Part shown: positions 9,001-59,412 of the stretch, one piece after another
Layout: the number at the start of each line of letters is the position of its first letter
How positions within the stretch are numbered: the stretch's first letter is position 1
Source of the DNA: an uncultured Gemmatimonadales bacterium
GTDB taxonomy: Bacteria; Gemmatimonadota; Gemmatimonadetes; Longimicrobiales; Longimicrobiaceae
Direction of reading: 5' to 3'
DNA: 64,000 bases
NCBI GenBank assembly: GCA_963716255.1
Contig: OY970303.1
Location: 7,104,001 to 7,168,000, forward strand
The notes under the pieces: model-generated
What the model was told of the DNA's origin: nothing
The model's database searches: none
Seen by the model: the letters and a program-made list of their open reading frames with translations, nothing else
Translations under genes and position numbers: made by a program

Positions 9001-11332
9001 GGAGTCGACGCTGGGGGCGTGGCTGACGCGTCTGCAGAAGGAGCAGGCGGAGGCGCGGGAGTACGAGTACACGCCGCTGGTGGAGGTGCGGGCGTGGAGC
9101 GATGTGCCGGCCGGGCAGGAGCTGTTCGAGAGCCTGGTGGTGTACGAGAACTACCCGGTGGACCGGGCGCTGGGGGAGCGTGCGGGGGACCTGGAAGGGG
9201 TGCGGGTGCGCAGCGGCGCGACGCGGGAGCAGTCGAGCTTCCCGCTGTGGGTGCAGGCCAGCCCCGGCGAGCGTCTGAAGGTGGAGATCCACCACGACCT
9301 CGGAGTGCTGGAGGCGGAAGCGGCCGAGCGTCTGGCCGGTCACCTGGAGGTGGCGCTGGAGGAGCTGGCGGGAGACCCGGCGCGGCGCCTGTTCGAAGTG
9401 TCGCTGCTGCGGGGGGCGGAGCGCGCGCAGGTGCTGGAAGAGTGGAACGACACCGCGCGCCCGGCCCCCGCCTGGCCGGGGGTGCACGAGCTGTTCGCGG
9501 CGCAGGCGGCGCGCACGCCGGAGGCCGTCGCGCTGGTGTGGGGCGGGGAGCGGGTGACGTACGGTGAGCTGGGCCGCCGCTCGGCGGAGCTGGCCGGCGC
9601 GCTGGGTCGGCGCGGGGTGGGTCCGGAGACGCGGGTGGGCGTGTGCATGGCGCGCACGCCGGAGCTGGTGTCGTCGCTGCTGGGCGTGCTGCGCGCCGGG
9701 GGCGCGTACGTTCCCCTGGACCCCGGCTACCCCGCCGAGCGGCTGCGCTACATGCTGGCCGACTCGGGCGCCGCGCTCGTCCTGGCGGACGCCGCCGCAG
9801 CGGAGCGGCTGGGCGAGTGCGGCGTGGAGGTGGTGCGCCCCGACACCGTGGCGGTCGAGTCGGAGTTCGGGACCGGCACGGACGCAGCGGTGGAGCCGGA
9901 GAGCCTGGCCTACGTGGCCTACACGTCGGGCTCCACGGGCACGCCCAAGGGAGTGCTGGGGACGCACGGGGGGATCGTCAACCGCTTCGCGTGGATGTGG
10001 AGCGAGCACCCGTTCGTGCCGGACGAGGTGTGCGTGCAGAAGACCTCGCTGGCCTTCGTGGACTCGGTGTGGGAGGTCTTCGGGCCGCTGCTGGCCGGGG
10101 TGCCCTCGGTGCTGGTCCCGGACGAGGAGTCCCGCGACCCGGAGGCGCTGCTGGGCCACCTGGTGCGGCACGGGGTGACGCGCATCGTGCTGGTGCCCTC
10201 GCTGCTGCGCGCGCTCCTGGACGCGCACCCGGAGCTGGGCGGTCTGTGCCCGCGGCTGCGCCTGGTGGTGACCAGCGGCGAGGAGCTTCCGGCGGAGCTG
10301 GCGCGCCGCTTCGCGGCGGCGCTTCCGGGAGCGAGGCTGCTGAACCTGTACGGGTCGTCGGAGGTGGCGGCGGACAGCACGGGGCACGTGCTCGGCGCAG
10401 GCGGGGCGGAGGTGGAGATGGGGGAGCGGGTGCCGATCGGTCGGCCGATCTGGAACACGCGCGTGTACGTGGCGGACGCGGCGATGCAGCCGCTGCCGGC
10501 GGGCGCCGAGGGCGAGCTGTACGTGGCGGGCGCCGGGGTGGCGCGGGGGTACGCGGGGAACCCCGCGGCCACGGCGGCGCGGTTCGTCCCGGACCCGTTC
10601 GCGCGGGCTCCTGGCGAGCGGATGTACCGCACGGGGGACCGGGCGCGGTGGACGGTGGAGGGAGAGCTGGAGTACCTGGGGCGGTCGGACCGTCAGGCGA
10701 AGGTGCGGGGGTTCCGCATCGAGCCGGGGGAGGTGGAGGCGGCGCTGCTGGAGCTGCCGCAGGTTCGGGAGGCGGCGGTGTCCGTGCGGGAGGACGTGGC
10801 GGGGGAGAAGCGCCTGGTGGGGTACGTGGTCCCTGCGGACGGCGCGGGTGCGGCGCCGGCGGAGGTGGCGGAGCTGCGTGCGCGGCTCGCGGAGCGCCTG
10901 CCGGAGTACATGGTGCCGGGCGCGTTCGTGGTGCTGGAGAGCGTGCCGCTGACGGCGAGCGGGAAGGTGGACCGTCGAGCGCTGCCGGCGCCGGAGGCGG
11001 GGGTGGGGACTGCGTACGTGGCGCCGCGGACGGAGGCGGAGGCGGTGCTGGCGGGGATCTGGGCGGAGGTGCTGCGCGTGGAGCGTGTGGGGGTGGAGGA
11101 CGACTTCTTCGAGCTGGGAGGCCACTCTCTGCTGGCGACGCAGGTGGTGTCGCGTGTGCGTCAGGAGCTGGGGGTGGAGGTGCCGCTGCAGGCGGTGTTC
11201 GGGGCGTCGACGGTGGCGGCGCTGGCGGAGCGGCTGGAGGAGCTGCGCGCCGCGGCGGGGCCGGTGATGCCGCGCGTGGTCGCGATCGACCGCGCGGCCC
11301 GGCGCAGGGCCAGGGAGCGGCCAAGGACGTAG
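2..11332 (+). CDS. Hybrid NRPS/type I PKS, 5'-truncated: T-KS-AT-ACP-C-A-T-E-C-A-T
   Basis: Frame is open from nt 2 (AAAGGGAPLTPTEQAVAGIW...), so the true start is probably upstream of the window. Motifs: PCP LGGHSL (~110-135); KS SACSSS (~905-922), HGSGT, IGHLD; AT GHSLG (~2312-2326) and HAFHS; ACP LGGHSL (~3353-3370); C HHIIMDGWS; A YTSGTTGRPKG; PCP LGGDSI; E HHLVVDGVSWRI; C HHLIMDGWS; A YTSGSTGTPKG; terminal PCP LGGHSL; stop TAG ending 11332. Confidence 0.96.
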   Translation, partial: AAAGGGAPLTPTEQAVAGIWEEVLGVPGAGAADNFFDLGGHSLLLVQVHARLQERFPGRIALTDLFTHPTLGSLAAQLAPPTAPEAPRARPAFARPAPRRPRTPLADAGSARREAETPVPETPMHDSTEPAGRPAVAIIGMAGRFPGASDIEGFWHNLRTGTRAIRRFTEREMAAAGVSPREFRAPGYVPVSGVVEGPELFDAAFFGFTPGEALVMNPQQRVFLECAWEALERAGCASRTYPGRIGMYASEANSAYILNVLSDRSLVQAVGEFQIVASNYASVATLASFKFGLEGPSLNVHSACSSSLVAVHLACQSLLLGETDVALAGGVKIGVPHQRGYQYAPGGIMSPTGECSPFDAGTRGSVPGSGAGVVVLKRLDDALADGDLIHAVIRGSAINNDGDRKVGFTAPRWEGQAAAISDALASAGIEPEEVSFVETHGSGTEVGDPIEVAALAAVYGEGRPGSCALGAVKADIGHLDVAAGVVGLIKAALALEHGEIPPSPYFRAPNPAIDLDRSPFYINPEPRPWARGAEPRRAGVSSFGIGGTNAHVVLEEAPQARPSGTSRPWQLLVVSARTPGALEAATDRLAGHLRAHPEQKFADVAQTLRAGRRRFAHRRVLVCRGRDDAAAALEARDARRVLEAVEERDERRVVFLFPGVGDHYEQMARGLYEAEPVFRREVDRCAAILHGQTGADVLEALFPGDPAPEQTPGGAAPDAGASVDLRGMLGRAAAGGPLGRTDAAHPAVFVVEYALARLWMSWGVRPEAMIGHSLGEYMAATVAGVFTLEDALALLAHRARLISGLAAGAMLAVPMEPAELLPRLRGGLALAAHNAPGLCTVSGPAGAVEALEAELAAAGHACRRLNAEHAFHSAEMEPVAAPLAERLRAMRLAAPETPFVSNVTGTWIRAEEATDPEYWARHLTRTVRFAEGVAELLRDGTRVLLEVGPGRTLGTFALHGGAAESAVFASLRHAYTRQSDQAYLLETLGRLWMAGVQVDWDGFAAGERRRRVLLPTYPFERQPYWVKRRRRRGRNRPAGIAAGPARAGEGAASAPRELAEPAPPRPAAAGEPRRLQPRPETGTRFVAPEGPTQQRMAELWQEMMGFGPIGAHDDFFSLGGHSLMATQLIARVRAEFGVDVSLDAVFDDPTVAGMAGKVAALRGGAEVELPPAIPRVPRDGPLPLSFHQERLWALDRMEPDSPMYNVPVGSWARGPLDVDAARRALAEIVRRHEVYRTVYVETDAGPAQVVRPRIEVPLPVDDLAAVPEAERMATVSRLLTEESRRPLDLDTGPLMRARLLRFDDELHALLLTTHHIIMDGWSGGIFFYEWGVLYESFVAGRPSPLPELPLQYADYAVWQREQLSGERLERHLAFWRESLSGVPPVLELPTDRPHPPVQSYRGGLRGIALDDERMARIRALAQHRRTTLHVVMAAAFQALCFRYTGQEDFAVGSLAANRRAETQGIIGFFINTIPVRARPSARLRFDELLEQARSWMAASYGHAEVPLQMILDEIRPERDPSRNPLIQVMLGIQAPGDHGPPPQDHSGLTLHRLGDGVVPTGDSGTSKFDLSILVDEGESPTAVAEYNSDLFDPATVDRFLEHFRMLLDAVTAAPETRLAEIPLLLEGERRQLLEDWSTSAALPPERRSLHAAFAAQAARTPGAAAVVLGRERVTYADLEARAGRVAAALRAAGVGPESRVGVLLERTPELVAVLLGVLEAGAAYVPLDPAYPQGRLALMLEDSGAVAVVTQESLAGRLPPTAAAVLRVDREAGGAAAAPEPAGEAFAAPESLAYVIYTSGTTGRPKGVAVTHGSVLSLVRWAEEEFTPRELSGVLASTSVCFDLSVFEIFVPLCLGGTIVLAGSALELADTDVDEVTLVNTVPTAMAELVRAGELPPGVRAVNLAGEPLPPRLAAEVHARGGVRLRNLYGPTEDTVYSTCARIPAGAAAVPIGRPVSGTRAYVLDGELNPAPSGVPGGLYLAGEGLARGYLGRPELSAERFVPCPFGEVGGRMYATGDRVRWLASGELDFLGRVDHQVKLRGFRIEPGEVESVLLRDPRVRECVVVVREDAAGERRLVAYLAGAGLPDPEALRTRLRESLPEYMVPSAFVALESVPLTPNGKVDRAALPVPEAARADGRERAAPRTPAEQVLARVWSEVLGVERVGIHDRFFELGGDSILAIRVATGARRAGLKLLPRQLFEHATIAELARVVGTGAAVTAAVSSGAAPVTGPAPLTPIQRAFFARDDVAPHHFNQALLLVPSRALDPRLLDRALAALVAHHDALRLRFLRGGGGWTQLHAPAGQRVPLAVIDLSRLDEAARGGALAAAADRVHASLELERGPVARAVHFHLGDGGPGRLLLVLHHLVVDGVSWRIFLEDLESAYVQLERGEPVRLPAKTTSWKAWSERLTEQAYAPGTAAELPYWSAQSRAAVAPLPLDDPAGEDIVGRARGATVQLDVEETEALLRDVPAAYRTHIDEVLLCALALALGRWTGERRVRVDLEGHGREEGGFEGVDLSRTVGWFTTLYPAVLELPEDGGPGEALKAVKEQLRAVPGRGLGYGLLRWVGAGAELAAAPQAEVVFNYLGQMDPSVSADTFFRFAPESSGGNQDARRARSHRLEVNGVVVGGRLSLALWYGGAVFQRETMERLAGWYAEELRALIAHCREARGGGYTPGDFPLAGLDQAALDGLLEGEREVEDVYPLSPMQEGMLFHSQLAPGSGVYVGQFGLVLEGPLDVAALRAAWEGAVARHDALRAGFAWEGLARPVQVVRRAVELPFRVEDWRGVGEGELEARMAGWLEADRASGFDLGRAPLMRLTLFRVGDAEHRLIWTQHHLIMDGWSLSLVFGDVLAGYAARVRGEAPRSMPGLRFREYVAWLEGQDRSRAERFWRAALAGFDTPTPLPASRTARGDGQRHGTAALLLPAERTAALLEGARRLGVTPSTLVQGAWALLLARYTGEDDVLFGATVSGRPAELAGAEETVGLFINTLPVRVRLDAESTLGAWLTRLQKEQAEAREYEYTPLVEVRAWSDVPAGQELFESLVVYENYPVDRALGERAGDLEGVRVRSGATREQSSFPLWVQASPGERLKVEIHHDLGVLEAEAAERLAGHLEVALEELAGDPARRLFEVSLLRGAERAQVLEEWNDTARPAPAWPGVHELFAAQAARTPEAVALVWGGERVTYGELGRRSAELAGALGRRGVGPETRVGVCMARTPELVSSLLGVLRAGGAYVPLDPGYPAERLRYMLADSGAALVLADAAAAERLGECGVEVVRPDTVAVESEFGTGTDAAVEPESLAYVAYTSGSTGTPKGVLGTHGGIVNRFAWMWSEHPFVPDEVCVQKTSLAFVDSVWEVFGPLLAGVPSVLVPDEESRDPEALLGHLVRHGVTRIVLVPSLLRALLDAHPELGGLCPRLRLVVTSGEELPAELARRFAAALPGARLLNLYGSSEVAADSTGHVLGAGGAEVEMGERVPIGRPIWNTRVYVADAAMQPLPAGAEGELYVAGAGVARGYAGNPAATAARFVPDPFARAPGERMYRTGDRARWTVEGELEYLGRSDRQAKVRGFRIEPGEVEAALLELPQVREAAVSVREDVAGEKRLVGYVVPADGAGAAPAEVAELRARLAERLPEYMVPGAFVVLESVPLTASGKVDRRALPAPEAGVGTAYVAPRTEAEAVLAGIWAEVLRVERVGVEDDFFELGGHSLLATQVVSRVRQELGVEVPLQAVFGASTVAALAERLEELRAAAGPVMPRVVAIDRAARRRARERPRT
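400..3490 (+). other. Minimal PKS module KS-AT(malonyl)-ACP with no KR/DH/ER
   Basis: KS catalytic Cys and both His motifs present. AT GHSLG plus HAFH is the malonyl-CoA signature. The post-AT linker (LPTYPFERQPYW) leads to the ACP with no room for a KR. Confidence 0.88.
3540..8045 (+). other. NRPS module C(LCL-like)-A(Ala)-T-E, giving D-Ala
   Basis: A code read as DLFNNALVYK, close to the Ala code DLFNNALTYK. GGDS-type PCP typical of E-associated carriers. E-domain motifs HHLVVDGVSWRI, EGHGRE, RTVGWFT, FNYLGQ. Confidence 0.82.
8090..11250 (+). other. NRPS module C(DCL)-A(beta-Ala)-T
   Basis: C begins VYPLSPMQEGMLFH (DCL type, follows E). A has FVDSVWE with the Asp shifted by one position and NLYGSSE; code VDWVVSLADK is of the beta-alanine type. 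Confidence 0.8.
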
Positions 11333-11368
11333 GGCGGGCCGTCCGCGCGCAGGACCTCACCGACGACG

Positions 11369-11402
11369 GGCCGCCCGGGGCAGACGATCGCCCCGGGCGG
11401 CC
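11369..11402 (+). terminator. 13-bp GC stem-loop just after the PKS-NRPS stop; possible terminator or mRNA-stabilising hairpin, no U-tract
   Basis: GGCCGCCCGGGGC-agacgatc-GCCCCGGGCGGCC perfect inverted repeat starting 37 nt after the stop. Confidence 0.4.
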
Positions 11403-11409
11403 TCCGCGT

Positions 11410-11463
11410 CCCTCCCCCTTTCTCCCGCTTGCGGGGGAGAGGGGGCCGGGGGGTGAGGGGGCC
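11410..11463. repeat. REP-like palindromic unit (CCCCCTTTCTCCCGC-TT-GCGGGGGAGAGGGGG-CCGGGGGGTGAGGGG)
   Basis: About 15-bp stem with two G-U pairs plus a G-rich tail. Resembles CCCTCTCCCGCTTGCGGGAGAGGG-type extragenic palindromes of GC-rich bacteria. Only one copy in the window. Confidence 0.55.
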
Positions 11464-11491
11464 CACCCTCGCGGGCGCCAGCGCGGTGCCC

Positions 11492-11622
11492 GCGTGAGGG
11501 ATGCGAGCGCGAAGCGGCGAGACCCGGGGTAGTTTCCCGGGGCTCGCCTCCGTTGCACACGGTCGTTTCGTGTGCTACGGAGCCGCAGCCCGACCCGGCG
11601 CCAGCCGGGGCACGCCCGAACC
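11492..11622. repeat. Structured intergenic element, copy 1 (candidate ncRNA or small mobile repeat, Flavo-1-like ends)
   Basis: GCGTGAGGGATGC...hairpin...CTCCGTTGCACACG-gtcgttt-CGTGTGCTACGGAG-CCGCAGCCCGACCCGGCGCCAGCCGGGGCACGCCCGAACC. Homologous to 56598..56749. Confidence 0.8.
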
Positions 11623-11810
11623 TAGCCGTTCACCCCGGTTCGACCGGATCCGGTACCAGGCTTGAAAATCATCCGGACAGCGTCGAGACTGCTCAATGGC
11701 CCGAGCCGCCGCCCGACCGGATCGGACCACGAGGCGGACCCGGAATGGCGCACCCGGCATGGCCTCGTCCACGGGGCGTGGAGCCGGCTCCCGGGAGGAC
11801 CCCCGGGACC

Positions 11811-11870
11811 ACTTTTGTCCTTGTAATAGCGCTAGTTGCGCATAATATAAGGCAGGTATAAACTGTAGGA
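11811..11870 (+). promoter_or_regulatory. AT-rich island, probable promoter of the giant NRPS
   Basis: Most AT-rich patch in the window (acttttgtccttgtaatagcgctagttgcgcataatataaggcaggtataaac). Contains TTGTAA(11821)-N16-TAATAT(11843), about 200 nt upstream of the ATG at 12052. Confidence 0.55.
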
Positions 11871-12051
11871 CGACAACCGACGCACACCCCGAATTTCCTC
11901 GTTGGACCGCGGGCCGGATCGTTCTCGCGTCCGGCCACGGGTCGTCACACCCCTCGTATCTACCCACCGCTTTCACCGGGCCGCCGCGTCGTGAACGGGT
12001 CAGGAGACCTGCGCGACGGGCCCATCGAAAACCGTACATCACCAGCAGGAT

Positions 12052-56541
<44,490 letters not shown>

Positions 56542-56597
56542 ACGCGCGCGGCGGCGCCGGCGAACGCGTGGCGGAATGCCTGGTCGGGCAGGTGGTT

Positions 56598-56749
56598 GCG
56601 TGAGGGATGCCGGCCCGGAGGGGCGAGCCCCCGCGGGGCACCTCAGTTCAGAGGTGCCCCGCGGGGGCTCGACTCCGTTGCAAACGGCAGTATCGTTTGC
56701 TACGGAGCCGCAGCCCGGCCCCGGCGCCAGCCGGGGGCACGCCCGAACC
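56598..56749. repeat. Structured element, copy 2, overlapping the 3' end of the convergent Wzi-like gene
   Basis: GCGTGAGGGATGC...perfect 21-bp stem (56624-56671)...CTCCGTTGCAAACG-gcagtat-CGTTTGCTACGGAG-CCGCAGCCCGGCCCCGGCGCCAGCCGGGGGCACGCCCGAACC. Confidence 0.82.
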
Positions 56750-58373
56750 CGCTCCCCGCGGTGACCGTCAGGCGGAGCGTGTGGTTGCGCACGTCCACGG
56801 CGTCGTCCGCGGTTTCCCAGCTGGTCCCGCGGTTCTGGAAGAGGAAGTTGTAGCGCACGCTGCGGGTCCACTCGGCCTCCAGGCGGAACGCGGGGATCTC
56901 CAGGCTGCCCCGCAGGCCCCCGAAGACCGAGACGTCGTGGGCCAGGAACGGCCAGCCCACGATCTGGGCCCGCGCCGTGGCGTAGAACGCGTCGTTGTCC
57001 CACCGGATCCGCCCCCCGAACACCCCCACGCGCCAGCGGGGATCCAGGTAGTCGGCGGCGAGCCACTGGCTGGAGCTCCCCGGCCCGATGGCCGCGCCGA
57101 TCACCTGGCCCCGCTGCGTGTATCCCTGCGGCACCCCGGGGCTGGTGTAGAAGCTGGGCTGCGGCCCGTCGGACGAGGGCTGCTCCAGGGTGGTGAGCTC
57201 GCTCTGGAGGCGGAGCAGGCCCCGCGTCCCGATCCCCCGCACTCCCTGCACGCCGACGGTGTAGCCGCCGGCGGACTCCCGCTCTGGGAACACGCCGGCG
57301 ACGGAGGAGCCCTGGCGCGCCCACTCCCCGTACGCCTCCAGCCCCTCGCCGGGAAACACCCAGCGGCCGAACACGGACCAGATCCGGTCCTGCCGGTCCG
57401 CCGTGCTCGTGTCCCCCGGGCTCGTGCTTCCCCACCGGGACACCGCGTCGGCCAGGTGGCCGGCGGCGGCGCTCCTCGTCCGCACGGCGCCCTGCACGCT
57501 GCGGGCGACGCCGAGCGTGAGGCCGGGCTCGAAGGCCGGGCGGAGCGTCACCGCCACCGCGCTGATGGAGCGCACGTCGTTGGCGCGGACCGTGTCGAAG
57601 GACGCGGACTCCGAGAGCCACCCCCCCAGCAGCCTTCCCTCCAGCGACCCCAGCGCCGTCCGGACCGGCGCGTGCGTCCCCAGGAAGAGGTGGGGGAACC
57701 CGCCGGCGTGGTTGCTCAGCACGAGCGCGTTGCGGATGCCGGGGCCCCACCAGCCGTTCTCGGTGGATGCCCCCGCGGCCAGCGGACCCGCGCCGAGCGA
57801 CAGGGTGCTCTGTCCGGGGTGGAGAAAGGTCTCGGCCTGCGCGCCGGGACGGAGGGGGGTGTCGATGGAGTGGCTTCCCCGGTACCAGGGCGGGGTTTCC
57901 CCGGCGACGACCGCGGCCGTGACCAGGTGATCGAACGGCCGGTTGGCCTGGTGGACGAGCTGGGGAGCGAGGACGAGCGAGACGGGGCCCCACCGCGCGT
58001 GGGCGCCCATCATCACCTGCGTGCTCAGCCCCCGGCCGGCCCACAGGACGCCGTCGTTGAGGGAGAAGGGCGCGTCGGAGTTCCAGGTCAGGTCCAGCCT
58101 GGGGGCGAGGACCGCCCAGGCGGGTCCGGGCCGCCGCAGCAGCCGGGACGACGCCGACCGGATCAGGTAGCCGTCGGTGGCGGCGTCCCCCGTCAGCTGC
58201 GCAACCCGCAGGCGCTCGTCCGCCTCGTCCCCCAGCAGGGGAACGGCCTGGACGCGCGGGGCGGGGACGGAGTCCGGCGCCTGCGCGGCCGCGGGGGCCG
58301 GAAGGGGAGTGCCCAGCGCGGCCAGGAGGAGGGCGGGTGCGGCCACGCCGGTGAAAGGAACTGCGATCCGCAT
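56700..58373 (-). CDS. Capsule assembly Wzi-family outer-membrane beta-barrel protein
   Basis: 557 aa, N-terminal signal peptide (..LLLAALGTPLPAPAAAQ), WWGPGIRNALVLSNHAGGFPH resembling the Wzi-family WGPG..L.LS.NA..FP motif, and amphipathic beta strands. Confidence 0.75.
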   Translation of the reverse strand: MRIAVPFTGVAAPALLLAALGTPLPAPAAAQAPDSVPAPRVQAVPLLGDEADERLRVAQLTGDAATDGYLIRSASSRLLRRPGPAWAVLAPRLDLTWNSDAPFSLNDGVLWAGRGLSTQVMMGAHARWGPVSLVLAPQLVHQANRPFDHLVTAAVVAGETPPWYRGSHSIDTPLRPGAQAETFLHPGQSTLSLGAGPLAAGASTENGWWGPGIRNALVLSNHAGGFPHLFLGTHAPVRTALGSLEGRLLGGWLSESASFDTVRANDVRSISAVAVTLRPAFEPGLTLGVARSVQGAVRTRSAAAGHLADAVSRWGSTSPGDTSTADRQDRIWSVFGRWVFPGEGLEAYGEWARQGSSVAGVFPERESAGGYTVGVQGVRGIGTRGLLRLQSELTTLEQPSSDGPQPSFYTSPGVPQGYTQRGQVIGAAIGPGSSSQWLAADYLDPRWRVGVFGGRIRWDNDAFYATARAQIVGWPFLAHDVSVFGGLRGSLEIPAFRLEAEWTRSVRYNFLFQNRGTSWETADDAVDVRNHTLRLTVTAGSGFGRAPGWRRGRAAAP

Positions 58374-58466
58374 GTGCAGGGGCGGGCGTGGCGGGGGAGC
58401 GGAAGCCGGGTGCGGGACACGGAACGGATTCCATCATACCCACATCCCCCGGCGCGGGCCAGTCTC

Positions 58467-58492
58467 CGGCGGACCGCCGCGGCGGTCCGCCG
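58467..58492. promoter_or_regulatory. Perfect 26-bp palindrome in the divergent intergenic region (possible operator)
   Basis: CGGCGGACCGCCG|CGGCGGTCCGCCG. It is followed by a weak TTGGCG(58507)-N18-TATCTT(58531) promoter-like pair. Confidence 0.4.
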
Positions 58493-58636
58493 CGCGGGGC
58501 CGGTCATTGGCGTCCGGCAAGGGAGGCCACTATCTTGGGGGGCCCCGGGGAGCATGCCGGGTCCGGCCGCCCGCGATGCGCCCACGCCCGCCGGAGTCAT
58601 GGGATCCCCTCTCGCCCCGTCGGGCCCCTCCCGCGC

Positions 58637-59386
58637 ATGTCGAACACCCTGGTCAAGCTCCTCGGCTGGAGGGCCACCATCCTGCACGGCGACCCCGCCG
58701 TCGTGGACCGCTGGAAGTGGCTCCGGCGGCACCTGGCGGGCGGTCCGCTGGACACCTTCGACGCGGGGTGCGGCTCCGGCGCCTTCACGCTGTACGCGGC
58801 GTCGGTGGGGAACCGGGCCGTGGGGATGTCGTTCGACGAGCCCAACCAGCGGAAGGCGGAGGAGCGCGGCCGCATCCTGGGGCTCCCCAACGCGCGCTTC
58901 GTGTCGGGCGACCTGCGCGAGCTCGACCGGCTCTCCGGGCCGCTGGGATCCTTCGACCAGGTGATCTGCTGCGAGACCCTCGAGCACGTCCTGGACGACG
59001 GCAAGCTTGTGGCCGACCTGGCCGCGCTCCTCCGGCCCGGCGGGCGCCTCCTCGTCACCACCCCCTACAAGCACTACCGCCCGCTCCGCGGCGACCGGGT
59101 GTCCGAGGTGGAGGACGGCGGACACGTCCGCTGGGGCTACACGCACGAGGAGCTGCGCGCCCTCCTGTCCGCGCACGGGCTGGAGGTGGTGGCGGAGGAC
59201 TTCCTCACCGGCGCGGTCACGCAGAAGCTGATGAACCTGATGCGGCGCATCGGCGAGGTGAGCGCCCTCGCCGCGTGGGGCGTCACCTTTCCCCTGCGCG
59301 TGCTCCGCGTGATCGACCCGCTGGTGACCTCCCTCACGGGGTATCCTCCCCTGAGCGTGGCCGTGGTGGGCGTGCGGCGCCGCTGA
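58637..59386 (+). CDS. Class I SAM-dependent methyltransferase
   Basis: MSNTLVKLLGW... with motif I DAGCGSG, FDQVICCETLEHV and LRPGGRLLVTTP. ATG 58637 chosen over the longer track start at 58388. Confidence 0.88.
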   Translation: MSNTLVKLLGWRATILHGDPAVVDRWKWLRRHLAGGPLDTFDAGCGSGAFTLYAASVGNRAVGMSFDEPNQRKAEERGRILGLPNARFVSGDLRELDRLSGPLGSFDQVICCETLEHVLDDGKLVADLAALLRPGGRLLVTTPYKHYRPLRGDRVSEVEDGGHVRWGYTHEELRALLSAHGLEVVAEDFLTGAVTQKLMNLMRRIGEVSALAAWGVTFPLRVLRVIDPLVTSLTGYPPLSVAVVGVRRR

Positions 59387-59412
59387 CGGTGACCGCGTCC
59401 CCCGGCGTTCGC

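Noticed and set aside
11492..11622. Repeat element as tRNA, attachment site or IS end bracketing the NRPS as a mobile island
   Set aside because: No cloverleaf/CCA, no integrase or transposase in the window, no target-site duplication seen, and the two copies are too diverged internally to be recent att sites.
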